A DNA stretch of 56,927 nucleotides, taken from Bacillales bacterium. GTDB taxonomy: Bacteria; Bacillota_I; Bacilli_A; RF39; UBA660. The translations under genes and the position numbers were made by a program. Where the stretch lies: NCBI GenBank assembly GCA_016288635.1, contig JAEEKZ010000047.1, positions 1 through 56,927 on the forward strand. Reading direction: 5' to 3'. Below, piece by piece: positions 52,799 through 56,927 of the stretch (the stretch's first letter is position 1; the number at the start of each line of letters is the position of its first letter). The notes under the pieces are model-generated. The model did not search any database, was not told where the DNA came from, and worked only from the letters and a program-made list of their open reading frames with translations.

Positions 52799-53596
52799 TT
52801 AATTCTTTCTAACTCTTTCATACGGATTTCCTGCAGCCTTCATAGCAGCTTTATTGTCATACATTCTTGCATCCGCTTCATTTATCATAACCTCTAGATC
52901 ACTACACACAGTTCTATATGATGAACCCATCGCAGCTGAATATTGAGTTTGAGCAATAGATTGCCTGATTTCTTCAATTTTCCTAAAGAATAAATCCTCT
53001 GGAATGTTTTGACATACAGCAACAAACTCATCTCCACCACGTCTAAATAATTCTTTCTTACGAATTGATCTACGCATACATTCCGCTAAAGTGATTAATA
53101 AACGATCTCCCTCACTATGACCATAAGTATTATTGAAAAATCTTAAATCATTAGCATCCATGAATAACACACCGATATTATAACGAATACAAGGTTCATT
53201 AATTAATTCAATTAAAGTATTGTTATTCATTAATCCTGTTAGCTTATCTGTTTGTAAATCAGTTATTTTATCTCCAAGTTTTAATATGTTTCCTAAGAAT
53301 TGACTAATATATAATAATGCTCTTTTATCAAATATTTTTACAAACCTTGGTCTAATTATTTCGATTGAAGACACATCTGATATTTGTACTGTAACCGTAG
53401 CTTTAGGATCAGTAAAGCCATTTAACGAAATAGAGTCTTCAGGTCTATTTTGATCTTTATAGAAAATAATTCTTACATTTTTTGCACCAAAATACTGAGC
53501 AATAATATGCATAATTTTCATATAATATTCATCATCATAAAAATCTGTATACATTGCTTTGTTCAAGTTTGTATATAAATTGAAACGATTCCCCAT
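52799..53596 (-). CDS. GGDEF diguanylate cyclase
   Basis: DKLTGLMN, DANDLRFFNNTYGHSEGD, RRGGDEF, ADARMY. Confidence 0.9.
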   Translation of the reverse strand: MGNRFNLYTNLNKAMYTDFYDDEYYMKIMHIIAQYFGAKNVRIIFYKDQNRPEDSISLNGFTDPKATVTVQISDVSSIEIIRPRFVKIFDKRALLYISQFLGNILKLGDKITDLQTDKLTGLMNNNTLIELINEPCIRYNIGVLFMDANDLRFFNNTYGHSEGDRLLITLAECMRRSIRKKELFRRGGDEFVAVCQNIPEDLFFRKIEEIRQSIAQTQYSAAMGSSYRTVCSDLEVMINEADARMYDNKAAMKAAGNPYERVRKN

Positions 53597-53666
53597 AATA
53601 TGACTCCTTCCGCAATAGTTATTTTACATATTATTCGTTGGAAATCAACTTTTTTTAACTGATTTG

Positions 53667-55112
53667 TTAAATTTCAGCAAATTCTTCGTTATTTTTTTCT
53701 TCTTTTTTGCTTTTTTCGTTCTTCTCTTTGCCTTTTTTCTTATTTTTCTTTCTATTATTTTTTGCAGGTTTAGAATTCACAACAATCTCGTCATCTAATT
53801 CATGAGTAACAGTCTCTTGTACAACAGGTTTTCTCTTTTTACTTTTTTTACTTAACAAAATAATAATAATTAAAAGTAAGAAAACAACTAAGCCAAATAA
53901 TCCATAAATGATTTTTAAAAACATATTGTTTTGTTTAATTAAAGATAATGTATATTCAGCTTCATAAGCTGCCATAGAATTATTATCCTTATCATAAACA
54001 TAGAATCCTTCTTTACCAGTATCTAAGTTCGTTCCATAAATGATACTCGTTTTAGATTTATCACTATATTTTAATACTTCGACTTTATTTCCAGATATAG
54101 TTTCATTAACCTTCTTATAATTTTCTAGTTCAACCGGCAAATTTTTATATGAGTCCTTATAAATAAACACAAAATCATTAGAAACTATTTCATTATATTT
54201 AGTATATTCACCATCTTTATAAATAAACAACTCAATATTACCTTCAGCATCCTTTAAGCCGACAAGATACATATCAACTGATTCGTTATAGAATGCCGGA
54301 ATATCAAATTCGCCAATCTTAATAGTTGATTCTTCAAAATCAAGAGGTTTCTTCAAATCAGTATTTTTTTTAATTACCACATAATCAGTTCCAGCAACTG
54401 TAACATTTATTGGATTACTATCCTTGACCTCAACATTTATTTTATAAACTCTTTCACTTCCATTTTGTGCTTTTACTGTAATAGAAATAACATTTAATCC
54501 TAAATTAACTTCTACTTCTCCATCACCGTGAACTGTAGCTTTATTATCATTTTTAGTGGCTACAATAGTTACACTTTTAGTATCTTCTGGAACTACTACA
54601 CTATAAGACAACGTGTCTTTATTAAATCCGGGAGTTAGCTCAAATCCATTAATAGCTAATTTCTTTAAATAATTATCTTTTGAATAACTAGCCTCAATTT
54701 GTTGTTGCGTTTTTATTTCAATATTTTTTCCAGATGACGACAAGTTCATTTCTTGGAAATTACTAAAGTGATATGCATCATAACTACCAACAGTTACTTT
54801 TGTATTTCCTGCTTTTAACGCTTTAAATTTAAACGTATAACTTTTTGAGGAAATACCTTTAGTTGAACTTCCAGCCATTGCAACTCCACCACTTTCAGCA
54901 GTTGAAGATTGCAATTTTAAATAGTTAGAATCATAATTTAGTTTCATTTCCCATGAACCTATATCACCACCAGATAATGTTACTGTTACAGTTATAGAAT
55001 TACCAACAGCAACAACTGATGGTGAAGCAACTGTTATTTTTCCAGAGCCAGCAAAAACAAGCGTCGGAAGCATTAATAACATTATGATTAATCCATAAAT
55101 TACTTTTTTCAT
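53667..55112 (-). CDS. Membrane-anchored protein: cohesin-like domain, cadherin-like beta-sandwich, C-terminal TM and charged tail
   Basis: Signal peptide; VAVGNSITVTV...LNYDSNYLKL...FKFKALKAG; DNYLKKL...LTPGFNKDTLSY...VKAQNG; TM then Lys/Glu-rich tail. Confidence 0.75.
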   Translation of the reverse strand: MKKVIYGLIIMLLMLPTLVFAGSGKITVASPSVVAVGNSITVTVTLSGGDIGSWEMKLNYDSNYLKLQSSTAESGGVAMAGSSTKGISSKSYTFKFKALKAGNTKVTVGSYDAYHFSNFQEMNLSSSGKNIEIKTQQQIEASYSKDNYLKKLAINGFELTPGFNKDTLSYSVVVPEDTKSVTIVATKNDNKATVHGDGEVEVNLGLNVISITVKAQNGSERVYKINVEVKDSNPINVTVAGTDYVVIKKNTDLKKPLDFEESTIKIGEFDIPAFYNESVDMYLVGLKDAEGNIELFIYKDGEYTKYNEIVSNDFVFIYKDSYKNLPVELENYKKVNETISGNKVEVLKYSDKSKTSIIYGTNLDTGKEGFYVYDKDNNSMAAYEAEYTLSLIKQNNMFLKIIYGLFGLVVFLLLIIIILLSKKSKKRKPVVQETVTHELDDEIVVNSKPAKNNRKKNKKKGKEKNEKSKKEEKNNEEFAEI

Positions 55113-55122
55113 GTTATCCTTT

Positions 55123-56892
55123 CTATTCAATTGTATATGTTCCCAATAAATTTCTTTGAATTTGTAATAAGTCTAATGCATTAATTATGTTATCACCAGA
55201 TGTATCTCCAGCTTTTCCATAAGCATTTTCTAATTTAAATGTACCCAATATATTCTTCTGAACTTGTAATAAATCTAGTGCATTTATTTTTCCATCTCCA
55301 GAAGTATCACCTTTAATAACTATTGAATATTCTTCAGTAGTTTCTCCATTTCCAACGGAAACAACCATACCAGTGCCAACTTCACCTGATGTTAGTTCTT
55401 TTCCATTATTAGTTACTTTAACCTCAGCACCAACTGCTTGAAGATCCGCAATTAATTCTTCAACTTTTCCACCTAAAGACATGCTCTTAATAAATCCAGC
55501 CTCGGTAGTAATTCCCGCGGTAGTAATCATTGTACTAACTGGTACTACAACTTTTTCTTCAGTCTCTACTGGAGTATCTTGCTCAGGAGAAGTTTGTTCT
55601 GGCTCATCAGGAGGAAGATTTTCGGTTCCACTTGCACTATTCGTAACTTCCTGTTCCATATTTAAATAAACAGGAATATAGAAATCAAATGGTAATTCTA
55701 ATAAATCCATACTCTTGTATGAAAAATATGATGATTTAGATTCACTAGATGGAGCATTTAAATTAGTCATATATTGGTGAATATATAATTTGGACATATT
55801 CGTTGGTGCAACATTAAACTTTTGTAAATAGTTAGTATATTGACCTTTAGTAATATAACTAGATGATAATAACTCAGAACCTCCGGAAATTGCCTTTTGT
55901 AAAGAATCCCATCCACGATTTTTTGCAGCATTTAATCCACAATAAGTAGTTCCTTTTGTTGTTGCACATGAATCTGATACACCAATATTATAGAAATTAT
56001 AATATCCTTTGTATGTATCTCCGTATGTTTCAGATGTATATACACCACTATATAAATTAAATAAAGTATCTTTATTTCCTAACTCTTGTAATATTCTTGT
56101 TGATAAAAATATTGGATTAACATCAGTTTCTTTTCCAGACGCATTTATAACAGCTGCCAAATCATTACCTATTCCTAAATGATAATTATAAAAATTTGAA
56201 TTCTTAATTATTTGCTTAATACCAGCTGGGTAGGTTTCTTCAAGAGATGCTGAATATTTAAGATATTCGAATTGGAACATAGTCTTTTCTTCAAACCAAT
56301 TTCTTGGATCAACATATTTAGCAACTGCTTTCTTACTTGCAGGATGCCATTTAGATGTACTACTATAAGCACTTTTACAAGTTCTATCTATCATTTCCTC
56401 ATTATCTGTATATATATAACTTTCTCCACAAGCACTTTCATTTTTAACAACTGATTCAAAATCTAAATTTGTTATTATTGCATGGAAATTCCATGTTGGA
56501 TGTTGATTCTTTAAAGTACATAATCCTTCCCAATAACTTTGAGGGAATCCCAAATCTTTCATTTGAGCTTCGCATTCACTATTAGCCTCGCTACTATATT
56601 CAACTATTTCTTTTAAACTTACATATGACTTACAAATATACGCCACTTGTGTTCCGTAATTAACCTTATACCAGCCATCCGAACATCCTTTTTCATCAGG
56701 AACTACATTTTCATCAGCAAGAGGAATACTTGCTCCTTCATTCAATCGTTTAATAAGTTCATAATTAGTTCCTGGCCCTTTTCTAACAGCAACGCCACTC
56801 GTGTTTAAAACAACGTTATAGCTAGTTGCTTTAACATCACAAAAAGTGAAAATCAAAAAGAAAATTAACAACATATAAATTATCTTTTTCAT
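55123..56892 (-). CDS. Secreted peptidoglycan hydrolase: SH3b, GH73-like glucosaminidase, Pro/Glu linker, C-terminal dockerin
   Basis: VRKGPGTNY...GWYKV; ILQELG, YNFYNIG, GQYTNYLQKFN, HQYMTN; duplicated GDTSGDxxINALDLLQ. Confidence 0.85.
   Translation of the reverse strand: MKKIIYMLLIFFLIFTFCDVKATSYNVVLNTSGVAVRKGPGTNYELIKRLNEGASIPLADENVVPDEKGCSDGWYKVNYGTQVAYICKSYVSLKEIVEYSSEANSECEAQMKDLGFPQSYWEGLCTLKNQHPTWNFHAIITNLDFESVVKNESACGESYIYTDNEEMIDRTCKSAYSSTSKWHPASKKAVAKYVDPRNWFEEKTMFQFEYLKYSASLEETYPAGIKQIIKNSNFYNYHLGIGNDLAAVINASGKETDVNPIFLSTRILQELGNKDTLFNLYSGVYTSETYGDTYKGYYNFYNIGVSDSCATTKGTTYCGLNAAKNRGWDSLQKAISGGSELLSSSYITKGQYTNYLQKFNVAPTNMSKLYIHQYMTNLNAPSSESKSSYFSYKSMDLLELPFDFYIPVYLNMEQEVTNSASGTENLPPDEPEQTSPEQDTPVETEEKVVVPVSTMITTAGITTEAGFIKSMSLGGKVEELIADLQAVGAEVKVTNNGKELTSGEVGTGMVVSVGNGETTEEYSIVIKGDTSGDGKINALDLLQVQKNILGTFKLENAYGKAGDTSGDNIINALDLLQIQRNLLGTYTIE
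55141..55311 (-). repeat. Duplicated Ca-binding dockerin segments
   Basis: GDTSGDGKINALDLLQVQKNILG and GDTSGDNIINALDLLQIQRNLLG, 34 aa apart. Confidence 0.85.
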
Positions 56893-56927
56893 TACGTTAC
56901 TCCTTACCATTTTAATTATATCATGAA

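Overview
AT-rich bacterial chromosome segment using genetic code 11 (TGA is a stop, e.g. ybeY and the ATGA overlaps). Nearly all genes lie on the minus strand. Gene content (PolC plus DnaE, hrcA/CIRCE, T-box, Gram-positive LexA box, class II GlyRS, MurC, PduL, pilin-like and InlB-B surface proteins) fits a genome-reduced, walled Bacillota/Bacilli organism; an RF39-like gut lineage is my inference. The backbone is housekeeping: tgt, dusB, rmuC, tig, glyQS, murC, valS, tdk, recO-era-dgkA-ybeY, rpsU, yqeG/yqeH, polC, dnaE, hrcA-grpE-dnaK-pepF-dnaJ. Orphan and surface-protein genes are interspersed. I saw no mobile element, CRISPR array, rRNA or tRNA. Best leads: (1) an adjacent non-cellulosomal dockerin/cohesin pair, an SH3-GH73-like peptidoglycan hydrolase with a C-terminal dockerin followed by a membrane-anchored cohesin-like/cadherin-like protein; (2) a 1269-aa orphan with a near-perfect LexA/SOS box in its promoter; (3) an unannotated ~90-nt structured RNA with its own promoter and terminator between tgt and dusB; (4) a valS T-box that appears to act by Shine-Dalgarno sequestration rather than termination; (5) several inserted enzyme-like genes sharing Arg-rich C-terminal tails. 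All family calls come from motif recognition by eye, with no database searches.
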